Positions 8,377-18,207 of a DNA stretch of 64,000 nt are shown piece by piece. The notes below the pieces were generated by a model, which was given only the letters and a program-made list of their open reading frames with translations, had not been told where the DNA came from and searched no databases. Where the stretch lies: assembly GCA_963702005.1 (NCBI GenBank), contig OY969696.1:2656001-2720000 (forward strand), written 5' to 3'. This stretch comes from Candidatus Aminicenantes bacterium. Lineage in GTDB: Bacteria > Acidobacteriota > Aminicenantia > Aminicenantales > JAFGBC01. The translations under genes were made by a program, and so were the position numbers. Within the stretch, counting starts at the first letter, position 1, and each line of letters begins with the position of its first letter.

Positions 8377-11300
8377 GCGGATGGAACGGAGCCAGCCCTC
8401 AAGTTCGGCGCCGGGCCGCTCGTCCTTAGTCACTTCGCGGGCTTTGCCGGCCTCGCCCAGCTCCTTGAGGACGATGCCGCCCAGCAAACGGCCCGGACCC
8501 GCCCAGTCTGGATGCCGCAAGGTGAAGTCGCGTATCGTCCTTTTAATCGCTGCGGCTTTTTCCCTCTGTCCGAGTCTCTCGAAGCAAACGGCCCGGAAAT
8601 AATCCTGGAGCCTCCAGTCGGGCTCGAAAGGTTGGCCGGACCCCAGGCGTTCAGGGTAGCTCTTGGCGAGGTCCAAGCTTTCGATGGCAGAGTTATAGTC
8701 CCGTTTCCGGATCTCCTCGAGGGCGAGTAGGATATGGCATTTAGCGAACAGGGCCTGGAGCGCGCTCGCCCCCTCGGACGGCAAAGCCTCGATCCGGTCG
8801 AGAAGAAGCGCGGCTTCGCCGACGAGTCCGTCGGCCATGAGCGCCTTGACGCGATCGACCTGGATGGCGATGGACTCGGGGAAAGTTTCCATGGCTTTGG
8901 CCGTCGTCTCGAGGGCATCGGCTTTCTGTCCACGGTCGAGATAAAATTGGGCCAAGGCATGCCAGGTCCTCCAGGTCTTGGGGTCCATGGCGAGCGCCCG
9001 CTCAAGGTCGGCCTGGGCCTTCCCCGGAGCGTCGGGGAGATAGAGCATGGCCCGGGTCAGGAAGAACGGCGCGAAATCGACTCCGCTGCAACTCTCGAGA
9101 AGCGCCTTGGTCTCATCGATCCTGCCCTTCGACCAGAGGATCAGGCCGAGATAATACTTGGGCCTCCAATCCGAAGGCCGCCGGCCGATCGCCCATTCGA
9201 AGACCGGGATGTCCTCTTCGCGAAAGGGGAAGACGAGCCAGGCGGAGAGCCGAAAAGCCTTCTCGAGATGGGATGCGCTCTCGGCCGGCGACGCCGTTCT
9301 CGTCAGATAGGCCAGCCGGGCGCTGACCGCCGGCGATTCGGGGGAGAGCGTGAGCAGGCGGATCGCATCCTCGTCAAGGCCGAGCCGGATATAGTACAGA
9401 GCCAATTCCTGATAGGTTTCTTGGGGAAATTCATTGCGGATGCGCGACTGGAATTCCTTAAGCGAAGCCGGGCTCGAGTCGAGAAGATACGCCTCGAAAC
9501 GGGCGAGGTGATGGAGGGGATCGGCTTCCAGGACGCGGTTCAAAACGTCGGAAGCGCGGCCGCGCTCACCCCTCAGCCGGAAGGCGGTTGTCTGAATATC
9601 GAGGGCGTTGAAGTTGAAGGCGTTGGATTCGAGGGCGCGCCCGGCGTATTCGAGGGCCAGCTCGGGATTCTTGTCCTGGATGGCGATTTCGGCCAGGAGC
9701 CCGTAGGCGCTCGACCGGTATTCGAGGGAGCGGGCCGCCCAGCCAAAGGATTCCTTGGCTTCGACGAGCCGCCCCAGCTTTCGCGAGATGACGCCGTAGA
9801 TGTAATTCGCGGCAGGGTCGTACATTGATTGTTCGAGAGCGGTCCGGGCATAGTCGAGGCCCTTCCTGTCCTCGCCGCGTCGGCTGAAGAGCTCGGCCGT
9901 CCGGACAAGGGCCCGGACATGGCGAGGCTCGCGGGCGATACAGCCAAGGTACTTTTCCAGGGCGAGGCCGTAGCGACGCTCTTTGTGGAGCCTGTCCGCG
10001 GCCAGATAGATCCCCTCGGTCGTAGACTCGTCGTCGGGCCGAAAGCGAAAGGGCCGCTCGACATCGTCGGCTTTGGGGTCGCTCCGATAGACGAGCTTGT
10101 TCGTCGCCAGGCGGATTTCGAACGGCGCGTCCGGCGCCCCGAGCCAAACCGATTTTTGGAAGACTTGTGCTGGCTTAATCCGGATCCGATCGCGGAAGAT
10201 CTCGGCGCCCGCGGCCGTCACGGCCAGATCATCGTCGAGAGCCTGGAGGGCGAAGAGGGCGATCCGCAGCGCGCCGTCTCGAACCTCGGCGTTCAGGACG
10301 GCCCAGGGCGACGCTTGGACCATGGGCCCGATCTTGGCATAAGGGAACCAGACCTCGGTCCAGCGATCGGTCCGGGCCGGCGTCAGGAAATCGTGGTCGG
10401 ACTGATTGAACAGCCGGCCGAACTGGGGTTCGCTGTATTGGCCATCCCTGTCGGTCAAGAGGCCTTCCCAGATCGCCCCCGCCCGGGATAGGTCCCAGAT
10501 CCAGATCTTGCGGCCCGGCATGTCGTCGTAAAGAGCCCAGTGTCCGAACCCCCTGTCCGCGTTCCGGTAATAGGCTCCGCTCGTGTCTTTGTACGTGCCG
10601 ACCGTGAAGTAGCTCTTGGAAGGCCCGAAGGCATTGTTGCGGTAGAGAGAAAGGTCACGGCCTTGGCCGTCCACGGGCCAGGGCTCGAGCGGCCGCGAAT
10701 AATCGTGGCCGATTTGGAAGCGGCCCGGGACGATGTACTCAAGATCATCGGCGGTCCGCAGGGCAGCTGTCATCCAATTGTAATAGGACTGGTTGTAGGG
10801 GGTCGGATTGAACCAGCGGCTTCGCGTCTGGAAGAAAGCTTTATCCGGAGGCAGGTTGACTTCGACGCTCCAGAACGTCCGCGAGGGGAGGTCGAGGTTC
10901 CCGACGACGCAGGAAACGCTGCCGTCCTTGTTGCGGCGCAGGGCGTAGTCCACCGGCGCGGCCGTCGACGGCGTGTGCCCGATGATCCCGAAGTTGAATT
11001 CGATTCCGCCCGATGTCCACGGTCCCCGCAGAGCGATCTCCCTGAACTTCATAACGTGGTTGGTGTAGATGAAGTCGGTGCCGTCGAGCTTGCTCGTCGC
11101 TCCCCAAACCTTGCCCCCGACTTGGGGAAGGACCGAAACCGCGAGATACGGATTCTCAAGCCGGACGACGGTCCAAGCCTTGTCGATGGCGGTCCCGGAG
11201 AATCCGTCCATGAAGAAGTAAGGATAGAGCCGTCCACCCTGAGCGTCAGAGCTCGGCCGGGCGAAGATCGGCACGGGGTTAGGATCAGAATAAGGATAAG

Positions 11301-11418
11301 TCTTAACGACCTCGGCTTTTTCCTCGATCGTCGTCCAGCCGGAGCCTTTGCACCCGGCGAGGACGATCATTCCAGCCAAAAGGGCCGGCAGGGCCGGACT
11401 CTTCCGCGCCTGCTTCAT
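8374..11418 (-). CDS. DUF5107-domain / TPR-repeat lipoprotein
   Basis: Lipobox LAGC; LENPYLAVSVLPQVGGK and GPWTSGGIEFNF motifs typical of DUF5107; C-terminal TPR-like helical repeats. Confidence 0.8.
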   Translation of the reverse strand: MKQARKSPALPALLAGMIVLAGCKGSGWTTIEEKAEVVKTYPYSDPNPVPIFARPSSDAQGGRLYPYFFMDGFSGTAIDKAWTVVRLENPYLAVSVLPQVGGKVWGATSKLDGTDFIYTNHVMKFREIALRGPWTSGGIEFNFGIIGHTPSTAAPVDYALRRNKDGSVSCVVGNLDLPSRTFWSVEVNLPPDKAFFQTRSRWFNPTPYNQSYYNWMTAALRTADDLEYIVPGRFQIGHDYSRPLEPWPVDGQGRDLSLYRNNAFGPSKSYFTVGTYKDTSGAYYRNADRGFGHWALYDDMPGRKIWIWDLSRAGAIWEGLLTDRDGQYSEPQFGRLFNQSDHDFLTPARTDRWTEVWFPYAKIGPMVQASPWAVLNAEVRDGALRIALFALQALDDDLAVTAAGAEIFRDRIRIKPAQVFQKSVWLGAPDAPFEIRLATNKLVYRSDPKADDVERPFRFRPDDESTTEGIYLAADRLHKERRYGLALEKYLGCIAREPRHVRALVRTAELFSRRGEDRKGLDYARTALEQSMYDPAANYIYGVISRKLGRLVEAKESFGWAARSLEYRSSAYGLLAEIAIQDKNPELALEYAGRALESNAFNFNALDIQTTAFRLRGERGRASDVLNRVLEADPLHHLARFEAYLLDSSPASLKEFQSRIRNEFPQETYQELALYYIRLGLDEDAIRLLTLSPESPAVSARLAYLTRTASPAESASHLEKAFRLSAWLVFPFREEDIPVFEWAIGRRPSDWRPKYYLGLILWSKGRIDETKALLESCSGVDFAPFFLTRAMLYLPDAPGKAQADLERALAMDPKTWRTWHALAQFYLDRGQKADALETTAKAMETFPESIAIQVDRVKALMADGLVGEAALLLDRIEALPSEGASALQALFAKCHILLALEEIRKRDYNSAIESLDLAKSYPERLGSGQPFEPDWRLQDYFRAVCFERLGQREKAAAIKRTIRDFTLRHPDWAGPGRLLGGIVLKELGEAGKAREVTKDERPGAELEGWLRSIR

Positions 11419-11451
11419 GGGTTCCTCCTCGGCCTCCGGGACGAACGCCGC

Positions 11452-12339
11452 TTATTTTTTCTCGGTCAGCTCGGCGTAGATGACCTCGACCAGGCTCGGC
11501 CAGCGCCGGCCGCCCGGCTGCTCCGTTTCCGGCCCGATGCCGAACGCCGCTTTGACTTCGTCCAAGGACTTCCCCTGGGCGACCAAGTCCTTGACCTTGG
11601 CCTGCTTGTCTTCAATACTCTTGAGAAGCCCCTCGATGTCGGGTTTGGACAAGGCTTGGCCGTGTCCGGGAACGAAGATATCGGCATCCAATGTCAGGAT
11701 GGACTTCAAGGTTTTGACCAGGCCGAAGGACGTGCCGCCCTTGCTCCTATGAATCAAGGGATCTCTTCCGACGAAGGCCAGGTCTCCCAGGAAAGCGACT
11801 TTTTGGGCCGGGAAGAGAACGACCGTGTCGCCGCTCGTGTGGGCCGGGCCGAAGGCGAAGAGCCGGATGGTTACGTCCGAAAGCTCCAAATCCTTCCGGT
11901 CAGTGAAGACCACCGTCGGAAGGTAGGCCCTGAGGTCGGCCAGTTTCTCGTCCTCGAAAGCGACCTCCATCTCCTTCCGAGTGTTCTGGCTCGAGATGAT
12001 CGTCAGCCCCTTGGGAAATCCGGTCAATCCGTTGACGTGGTCGCCGTCGCTGTGGGTCAGGATGATGTACCGGACCGGATTCGGGGTCAGCTCCTTGATT
12101 TTGGCCAGCATCTCGCGCGCCGCCTCGGGGACCATTTTGGCGTCGATGACGACGACCGAGTCCTTGCCGATTCGGAATCCCGTGTTGGCGCCGACGCCGC
12201 CCTCGACCCAGTAAATGTTTTCTCTGAGGGCTTGAACATTGAGGGGCTGCTGGGCCTGGCCCCCCGCCTGCAAGGAAGGGAGGAGCGAAACCGCGGCCGC
12301 CCAACTCAGAGCAATCGCGAGGAATAGAATGCGCCTCAT
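11452..12339 (-). CDS. secreted MBL-fold metallo-hydrolase (cyclase-like)
   Basis: Signal peptide; THSDGDH, AHTSGD, GDL and PGHG motifs. Confidence 0.88.
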   Translation of the reverse strand: MRRILFLAIALSWAAAVSLLPSLQAGGQAQQPLNVQALRENIYWVEGGVGANTGFRIGKDSVVVIDAKMVPEAAREMLAKIKELTPNPVRYIILTHSDGDHVNGLTGFPKGLTIISSQNTRKEMEVAFEDEKLADLRAYLPTVVFTDRKDLELSDVTIRLFAFGPAHTSGDTVVLFPAQKVAFLGDLAFVGRDPLIHRSKGGTSFGLVKTLKSILTLDADIFVPGHGQALSKPDIEGLLKSIEDKQAKVKDLVAQGKSLDEVKAAFGIGPETEQPGGRRWPSLVEVIYAELTEKK

Positions 12340-12468
12340 GGCTGGCCTCCTTGGGATGCGCCTATCTTCGCAGAGGAGGTCCTTGACCTTGAGTCTGCGG
12401 ATGGCCTTGCTTCGCTCGCCCTCCGTAACGGGAATGACGATCCTGAGTTCAGCTAATGGAGATGAACG

Positions 12469-13401
12469 TCAGAGCTTGGTTTCTTCGACGGTCTTCTTGA
12501 CGGAGGCGATGGTCTTGTCGAGCTGGGCCTTTTCGTCCTCGGCGAGTTTGATCTCGTAGATTTTCTCCAATCCCTTGGCTCCGATCAGGCACGGGACGCC
12601 GATGAACAAACCCTTGACGCCGTACTCGCCCTCGCACAGGGCGCAGGCGGGCAGGACGCGGTGCTTGTCCTTGAGGTAGCTCTCGGCCACGACGATCGCG
12701 CTCCAAGCGGGGCTGAAGAAAGCCGATCCCTTGCCGAAGAGCTTGACGATTTCGGTCCCGGCTTCGCGGGTTCTGAGAACGAGCTTATCGATCTGCTCCT
12801 TGGTCGCGATCTCGGTTAACGGAACGCCGCCGATGGTCGTCAGCCGGGGCAGCGGAACCATATCGGGGCCGTGCCCGCCCAGGACGGTGCCGGCCACGTC
12901 GACGACGGAGACGCCGAGCTCCATGCCGATGAAGGCGCGCCAGCGGGCCGTGTCGAGCGTTCCGGCCATTCCGAGGACCTGGCTCTTGGGAAAGCCGGTC
13001 AGCTTGTAGAACGCATAGACCATGGCGTCGAGGGGATTGGTGACGATAATGCAGAACGCCTTGGGAGCGTACTGCTTGACGCCGGCGGCGACATCGGTGA
13101 TGATTTTCAGGTTGACGGCCAGGAGGTCTTCGCGGGTCATCCCGGCCTCGCGGGGTTTGCCGGCCGTGACGATGATGACGTCGGCCCCCGCGATGTCCTT
13201 GTAATCTGACGTGGCGGAGATTTTGGCGTCATAGTTCCCGTGGGGGGCCATCTCCATGAGGTCGAGGGCCTTTCCCTTGGCCGGGTTGACGTAGGCTTCG
13301 ATGTCGAGGATGACGATATCCCCGAGCTCCTTCTGGGCGGCGAGCATAGCCAGGTTCTGTCCGATCTGGCCTGCGCCGATCAGGGCAACTTTCTTTCTCA
13401 T
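12469..13401 (-). CDS. mdh: malate dehydrogenase (LDH-like)
   Basis: GAGQIG, TAGKPREAGMTREDL, TNPLD, LDTAR and GGHG motifs. Confidence 0.9.
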   Translation of the reverse strand: MRKKVALIGAGQIGQNLAMLAAQKELGDIVILDIEAYVNPAKGKALDLMEMAPHGNYDAKISATSDYKDIAGADVIIVTAGKPREAGMTREDLLAVNLKIITDVAAGVKQYAPKAFCIIVTNPLDAMVYAFYKLTGFPKSQVLGMAGTLDTARWRAFIGMELGVSVVDVAGTVLGGHGPDMVPLPRLTTIGGVPLTEIATKEQIDKLVLRTREAGTEIVKLFGKGSAFFSPAWSAIVVAESYLKDKHRVLPACALCEGEYGVKGLFIGVPCLIGAKGLEKIYEIKLAEDEKAQLDKTIASVKKTVEETKL

Positions 13402-13470
13402 CTTTCATTCTCCTTTGTATGAATTTGATGCCCGAATCTCATGGCCGGGTCTCGAATCGATGTCTTTCCC

Positions 13471-14670
13471 TCAGCCCTTGACGTAGCCTTCCCAGGTCTC
13501 CTTGAGCTTGGGGCTGACGATCCATTCCATGATGTAGTCGGTGAAGGCCTTGCCGGTCGCGCCGTTGTTGCGGCCGGTGATGGCGAGCTTCTTCTCGTAC
13601 TGGCCGGTGATATCGAGGGCCATCTCGAGCTTCCGGCTCTTGTCGGGATGGCCGATATGGCCGAGGAGCATGGCGGCGGCCCGGATCATCGAGCAGGGGT
13701 CGGCGTACTGGGCGCGGCCCTCGCTGACCATGCGGGGGGCGGAGCCGTGGATGGCCTCGAACATGGCGTACTGTTTCCCGATGTTGGCGCTGCCGGCCGT
13801 GCCGACGCCGCCCTGGAACTCGGCGGCCTCGTCGGTCAGGATGTCGCCGTAGAGGTTGGGAAGGACAATAACCTGGAAGTCGCGCCGGCGCTTCTCATCG
13901 ATGAGCTTGGCCGTCATGATGTCGATGTACCAATCGTCGACTTCGATCCCGGGGTAGTCCTTGGCGATCCGGTAGAAGTTCTCCAGGAAGCGGCCGTCGG
14001 TCGTCTTGACGACGTTGGCCTTGGTGACGCAGGTCACTTTCTTGCGGTTGTTCTTTTTGGCGTGTTCGAAGGCCAGCCGGCAAATCCGGTCGGAGCCGGG
14101 CCCGGAGATCAGCTTGAAATCGATCGAAATGTCGGCGTCGACGTCGATGCCGTAGGGGCCAAGTGCGTAGAGGTCCTCGGTGTTCTCGCGGAAAAAAATC
14201 CAGTCGATGCCCTGTTTGGGAACCCGGACGGGCCGGACGTTGGCGAACAGGTCCAGCTCCTTACGCATGGCCACGTTGCAGCTTTCGAGGTTGGGCCAGG
14301 GATCGCCCTTGCGGGGTGTCGTGGTGGGGCCTTTGAGACAAACGTGGTATTTCTTGATTTCGGCCAGGACGTCGTCCGGGATAGACTTGTTGTGGGCGGC
14401 CCGATTTTCGATCGTCAGGCCTTCGATATCCTTGATGATGACCGTTCCGGCCTTGACGTCGTCCCGGAGCAGAAACTCGAGGACCCGCTTGGACTCGGCG
14501 GCGATGTAGACGCCGATGCCGTCGCCGGGGATGATGCCGATTTTGAGGGGTTTGACCTTGGAGTAATCGATCCAATCCGGAGCGGCCTTGACCCGCTCCA
14601 TGCGCTTCATCTGGATTTCGAGGAGCTTGCCGAAATGCTCGGTCGCTCTTGCAATCGCGGCCTTATCCAT
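13471..14670 (-). CDS. icd: isocitrate/isopropylmalate dehydrogenase family protein (probable isocitrate dehydrogenase)
   Basis: PGDGIG, LKGPTTTP, RENTEDLY, KANVVK, PNLYGDILTD and FEAIHGSAP motifs; neighbours are mdh and acnB. Confidence 0.8.
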   Translation of the reverse strand: MDKAAIARATEHFGKLLEIQMKRMERVKAAPDWIDYSKVKPLKIGIIPGDGIGVYIAAESKRVLEFLLRDDVKAGTVIIKDIEGLTIENRAAHNKSIPDDVLAEIKKYHVCLKGPTTTPRKGDPWPNLESCNVAMRKELDLFANVRPVRVPKQGIDWIFFRENTEDLYALGPYGIDVDADISIDFKLISGPGSDRICRLAFEHAKKNNRKKVTCVTKANVVKTTDGRFLENFYRIAKDYPGIEVDDWYIDIMTAKLIDEKRRRDFQVIVLPNLYGDILTDEAAEFQGGVGTAGSANIGKQYAMFEAIHGSAPRMVSEGRAQYADPCSMIRAAAMLLGHIGHPDKSRKLEMALDITGQYEKKLAITGRNNGATGKAFTDYIMEWIVSPKLKETWEGYVKG

Positions 14671-14773
14671 ACCTTTGTCCTCCCTGTACGAGATATTTTT
14701 GATATAACCCGAACGGGCGAGTTATTTTACCTTTTTCCAGATGGAAAATCAACGTCCTCCGCGCCTCCCGTCT

Positions 14774-14802
14774 TTGACAAATCGCCCAAAACGCTTTATA
14801 AA
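14774..14802 (+). promoter_or_regulatory. sigma-70-type promoter for acnB
   Basis: TTGACA-17 nt-TATAAA. Confidence 0.7.
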
Positions 14803-14845
14803 AGCTTGGGTGCAAGACAACTCCGTCTGATTAAGGAGATCGCAC

Positions 14846-17389
14846 ATGTTAGAGACCTATTTCCAGAAGGCTCAAGAACGCGCGAAGCAGGAGATTCCGC
14901 CTCTGCCCTTGAACCCCCCGGAAACGGCGGACGTCTGCCGCGTGCTCGAGACAGAAGCCCGGGATGAGGCGAAGGTCGCCCTCGACCTCCTTAAAAACAG
15001 GGTCTCTCCGGGCGTCGACCCGGCGGCCAAGGTCAAGGCCGAATGGCTGACGAAGGTCGTCAAGGCCGAAGTCCGGCCGCCCCTCGTCTCGAGGAAGGAC
15101 GCCGTGTTCATGCTGGGAACCATGCTCGGGGGGTTCAACATAGATCCATTGGTCTTTCTTCTCGACGATCGGGAGCTGGCTTCGGCCGCGTCTGAGGAGC
15201 TCAAAAAGACGATCCTGGTTTACGGAGCTTTCGACGCCATCCTGGCTAAGTCCAAGACCAATCAGCCGGCCCGGGCCGTCCTCGAATCCTGGGCGAACGG
15301 CGAATGGTTCCTTTCCAGGCCCGCTTTTCCCGAAACGCTAAGGCTCAAGGTCTTCAAGGTCGACGGCGAAATCAACACCGACGATTTATCGCCGGCCAAG
15401 CACGCCTCGACCCGGCCCGATATCCCGTTCCACGCCCTAGCTATGGGCGAAACGCGTTTTCCGGGAGGGATCGCGGTCATCCGCAAGCTCCGGGAAGAGG
15501 GCAACCGCGTCGCTTTCGTCGGCGACGTCGTCGGAACCGGATCATCCCGCAAGTCGGCCTGCAATTCGGTCATGTGGCACATCGGCGAGGACATTCCCTT
15601 CGTCCCCAACAAGCGCAGGGGAGGGGTCGTCATCGGCGGCTTGATCGCGCCGATCTTTTTCAACACGACCGAGGACTCGGGCGGGCTGCCGATCATCGCC
15701 GACGTCGCCAAGATGGCGACGGGCGATCTCATCACGATCCGGACGGCGGCCGGGACGATTCTGAACGCGAAAGGGGAGACCGCCGCCGTTTTCGAGCTCA
15801 AGCCGCCGACGCTGGGGGATGAGTACCGGGCGGGCGGGCGTCTGAACCTCATCATCGGCCGCCAATTGACCAACCGGGCGCGCAAGGCCCTGGGCCTTCC
15901 CGAGGCCGATTTCTTCCTTAACCTCGACCAGCCGGCCCCTAAGAAAGGCCGGGGCTACAGCCAGGCCCAGAAAATCGTCGGCCGGGCCTGCGGGACGGCC
16001 GGCGTCCTGCCCGGCGCCTCCTCCGAGCCCAAGATGACGACGGTCGGCTCCCAGGACACGACCGGCCCGATGACGGCCGATGAACTCACGGAGTTGTCCT
16101 GTCTCGAGTTCCAGACAGAGCTCTTCATGCAGTCCTTCTGCCACACGGCGGCTTACCCCAAGCCGGCCGACGTCAAAATGCACAAGTCCCTGCCCGAGTT
16201 CGTGATCGAGCGGAAAGGAGTCGCCCTCAAGCCGGGCGACGGCATCATCCATTCCTGGCTCAACCGGCTCATCCTTCCCGACACGATGGGGACGGGCGGC
16301 GACTCCCACACCCGTTTTCCGATCGGGCTGTCCTTCCCGGCCGGCTCGGGCTTGGTCGCCTTCGCCGGCGCCCTCGGCTTCATGCCCCTCGACATGCCCG
16401 AATCCGTCCTGGTCAAGTTCTCGGGTTCATTGAAGCCCGGGATCACCCTCCGCGACGCCGTCAATGCCATTCCCTACGTCGCCCTTAAGAAAGGACTTCT
16501 GACCGTGGCCAAAAAAGGGAAGAAAAACGTCTTCAACGGCCGGATTATCGAGATGGAGGGCCTCCCCGATTTGACCGTGGAGCAGGCCTACGAACTGACC
16601 GACGCCACGGCCGAGCGATCCGCCGCCGGAGGGACGATTGCCTTGAGCGAGGCGACCGTGGCCAAGTTTCTTAAGAGCAATATCGCGCTCATGGAACGGA
16701 TGATCGCCGAAGGCTACCGAACGGCCAAGACCCTCCGCAAGCGGATCGACGCCTGCCGCCGCTGGCTGGAAAATCCGGCCCTTCTAAAGAGGGACGCCGC
16801 GGCCGAGTACGCGGCCGTCGTCGAGGTTGATTTAAGCGAGATCAAGGAGCCGCTCCTCGCTTGTCCCAACGACCCGGACGACGTCAAGTCCCTGTCCAAG
16901 GTCGCCGGGAACAAGATCGAAGAGGTTTTCATAGGGTCGTGCATGACGAACATCGGACATTTCAGGGCCGCCGGGAAGATCTTCGAAGGCGAGGGCTATT
17001 TGCCCGTCGTGCTCTGGATGACACCCCCGACCAAGATGGATGCCGCTCAGCTCGTGCGCGAAGGATTCTACAGTCTGTTCATCGGCGCCGGCGCTCGGAT
17101 GGAGATCCCCGGCTGCTCCCTATGCATGGGAAACCAGGCGCGGGTCCGGCCCAAGGCGACCATCATCTCGACCTCGACCCGGAACTTCGACGACCGGATG
17201 GGGGATGGGGCCCGGGTCTACCTGGGGTCGGCCGAGCTGGCCGCGCTGGCCGCCGTACGCGGCAAGCTCCCCACGGTCGAGGATTATCTCGCCGTCATGG
17301 GCGCGAAAGTCCTGCCCAAGGCTAACGAAATCTATCGTTACCTTCAGTTCGACGAGATGGGAGACTTCAGCCTGGGGTACCTGCCATGA
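14846..17389 (+). CDS. acnB: aconitate hydratase B
   Basis: RVSPGVD, GSSRKSA, GSQDTTGP, DSHTR, IGSCMTN, PGCSLCMGNQAR and STRNF motifs. Confidence 0.95.
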   Translation: MLETYFQKAQERAKQEIPPLPLNPPETADVCRVLETEARDEAKVALDLLKNRVSPGVDPAAKVKAEWLTKVVKAEVRPPLVSRKDAVFMLGTMLGGFNIDPLVFLLDDRELASAASEELKKTILVYGAFDAILAKSKTNQPARAVLESWANGEWFLSRPAFPETLRLKVFKVDGEINTDDLSPAKHASTRPDIPFHALAMGETRFPGGIAVIRKLREEGNRVAFVGDVVGTGSSRKSACNSVMWHIGEDIPFVPNKRRGGVVIGGLIAPIFFNTTEDSGGLPIIADVAKMATGDLITIRTAAGTILNAKGETAAVFELKPPTLGDEYRAGGRLNLIIGRQLTNRARKALGLPEADFFLNLDQPAPKKGRGYSQAQKIVGRACGTAGVLPGASSEPKMTTVGSQDTTGPMTADELTELSCLEFQTELFMQSFCHTAAYPKPADVKMHKSLPEFVIERKGVALKPGDGIIHSWLNRLILPDTMGTGGDSHTRFPIGLSFPAGSGLVAFAGALGFMPLDMPESVLVKFSGSLKPGITLRDAVNAIPYVALKKGLLTVAKKGKKNVFNGRIIEMEGLPDLTVEQAYELTDATAERSAAGGTIALSEATVAKFLKSNIALMERMIAEGYRTAKTLRKRIDACRRWLENPALLKRDAAAEYAAVVEVDLSEIKEPLLACPNDPDDVKSLSKVAGNKIEEVFIGSCMTNIGHFRAAGKIFEGEGYLPVVLWMTPPTKMDAAQLVREGFYSLFIGAGARMEIPGCSLCMGNQARVRPKATIISTSTRNFDDRMGDGARVYLGSAELAALAAVRGKLPTVEDYLAVMGAKVLPKANEIYRYLQFDEMGDFSLGYLP

Positions 17390-18162
17390 CGGCCGGGATT
17401 GATCTTGGGTTGACCGGGGACAAGGTTCTGATCACGGGAGGCTCCCGGGGGATAGGCCGGGCCACCGCCCTCCTGTTCGCGAGGGCAGGTTGCGATGTCG
17501 CCGTCAACTTCCAAACGCGGGCGGAGGCGGCCGAGTCGCTCCGGGACGAGGTCCGCAAGCTCGGACGCGAATGCCTCGTTTTCAAGGCCGAGATCTCAGA
17601 TGAAAAGGATGTGCTGGCCATGGTCGAGGGCTGCCGGACGGCCTGGGGCCGGATCGACGTCCTGGTCAACAACGCCGGCATCTGGACCTACGGCGAAATG
17701 GGAAATATGCCCAAATCCGTCTGGGACGAGACGATGCGGATCAACCTGGGCGGCGTCTTCCTGGCCACGAACGCCGTCGTCCCCTTGATGAAGGCGCATA
17801 ACCGGGGTGTCATCATCCACGTTTCATCGACGGCCGCGGTTCGGGGAGAAGCGTTTCATTCCCACTACGCGGCCAGCAAGGGAGCCCTTCATGCACTGAC
17901 GAAGTCTTTGGCCGTAGAGCTGGCCCCGTTCAATATCCGGGTCAACACGGTGGCCCCAGGCTGGGTCGATACCGACATGTGCAGCGAGGTCTTCAGCATC
18001 CCCGGTTACCGCCAGAAAGTCGAGGACTCCATCCCCCTGGGGCGGGTCTCGCCCCCCGAGGACATCGCCGGGCCGATCGTTTTTCTGGCCTCCGGCTTGG
18101 CCCGCCACATCACGGGGGAGATCCTCAACGTCAACGGGGGATCCGTCCTCTGCGGCGGATGA
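17386..18162 (+). CDS. short-chain dehydrogenase/reductase (FabG-like)
   Basis: TGGSRGIG, NNAG, catalytic YAASK and PG motifs; ATGA overlap with acnB. Confidence 0.88.
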   Translation: MTAGIDLGLTGDKVLITGGSRGIGRATALLFARAGCDVAVNFQTRAEAAESLRDEVRKLGRECLVFKAEISDEKDVLAMVEGCRTAWGRIDVLVNNAGIWTYGEMGNMPKSVWDETMRINLGGVFLATNAVVPLMKAHNRGVIIHVSSTAAVRGEAFHSHYAASKGALHALTKSLAVELAPFNIRVNTVAPGWVDTDMCSEVFSIPGYRQKVEDSIPLGRVSPPEDIAGPIVFLASGLARHITGEILNVNGGSVLCGG

Positions 18163-18207
18163 TGGCCAACTTATCTCTTGACAGGTAAAAGAGGCTTATG
18201 GTATTGA

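Noticed and set aside
12340-12468. 129-nt gap between mdh and the MBL gene as a riboswitch or small ORF
   Set aside because: No recognisable aptamer motif, convincing hairpin or start codon with RBS.
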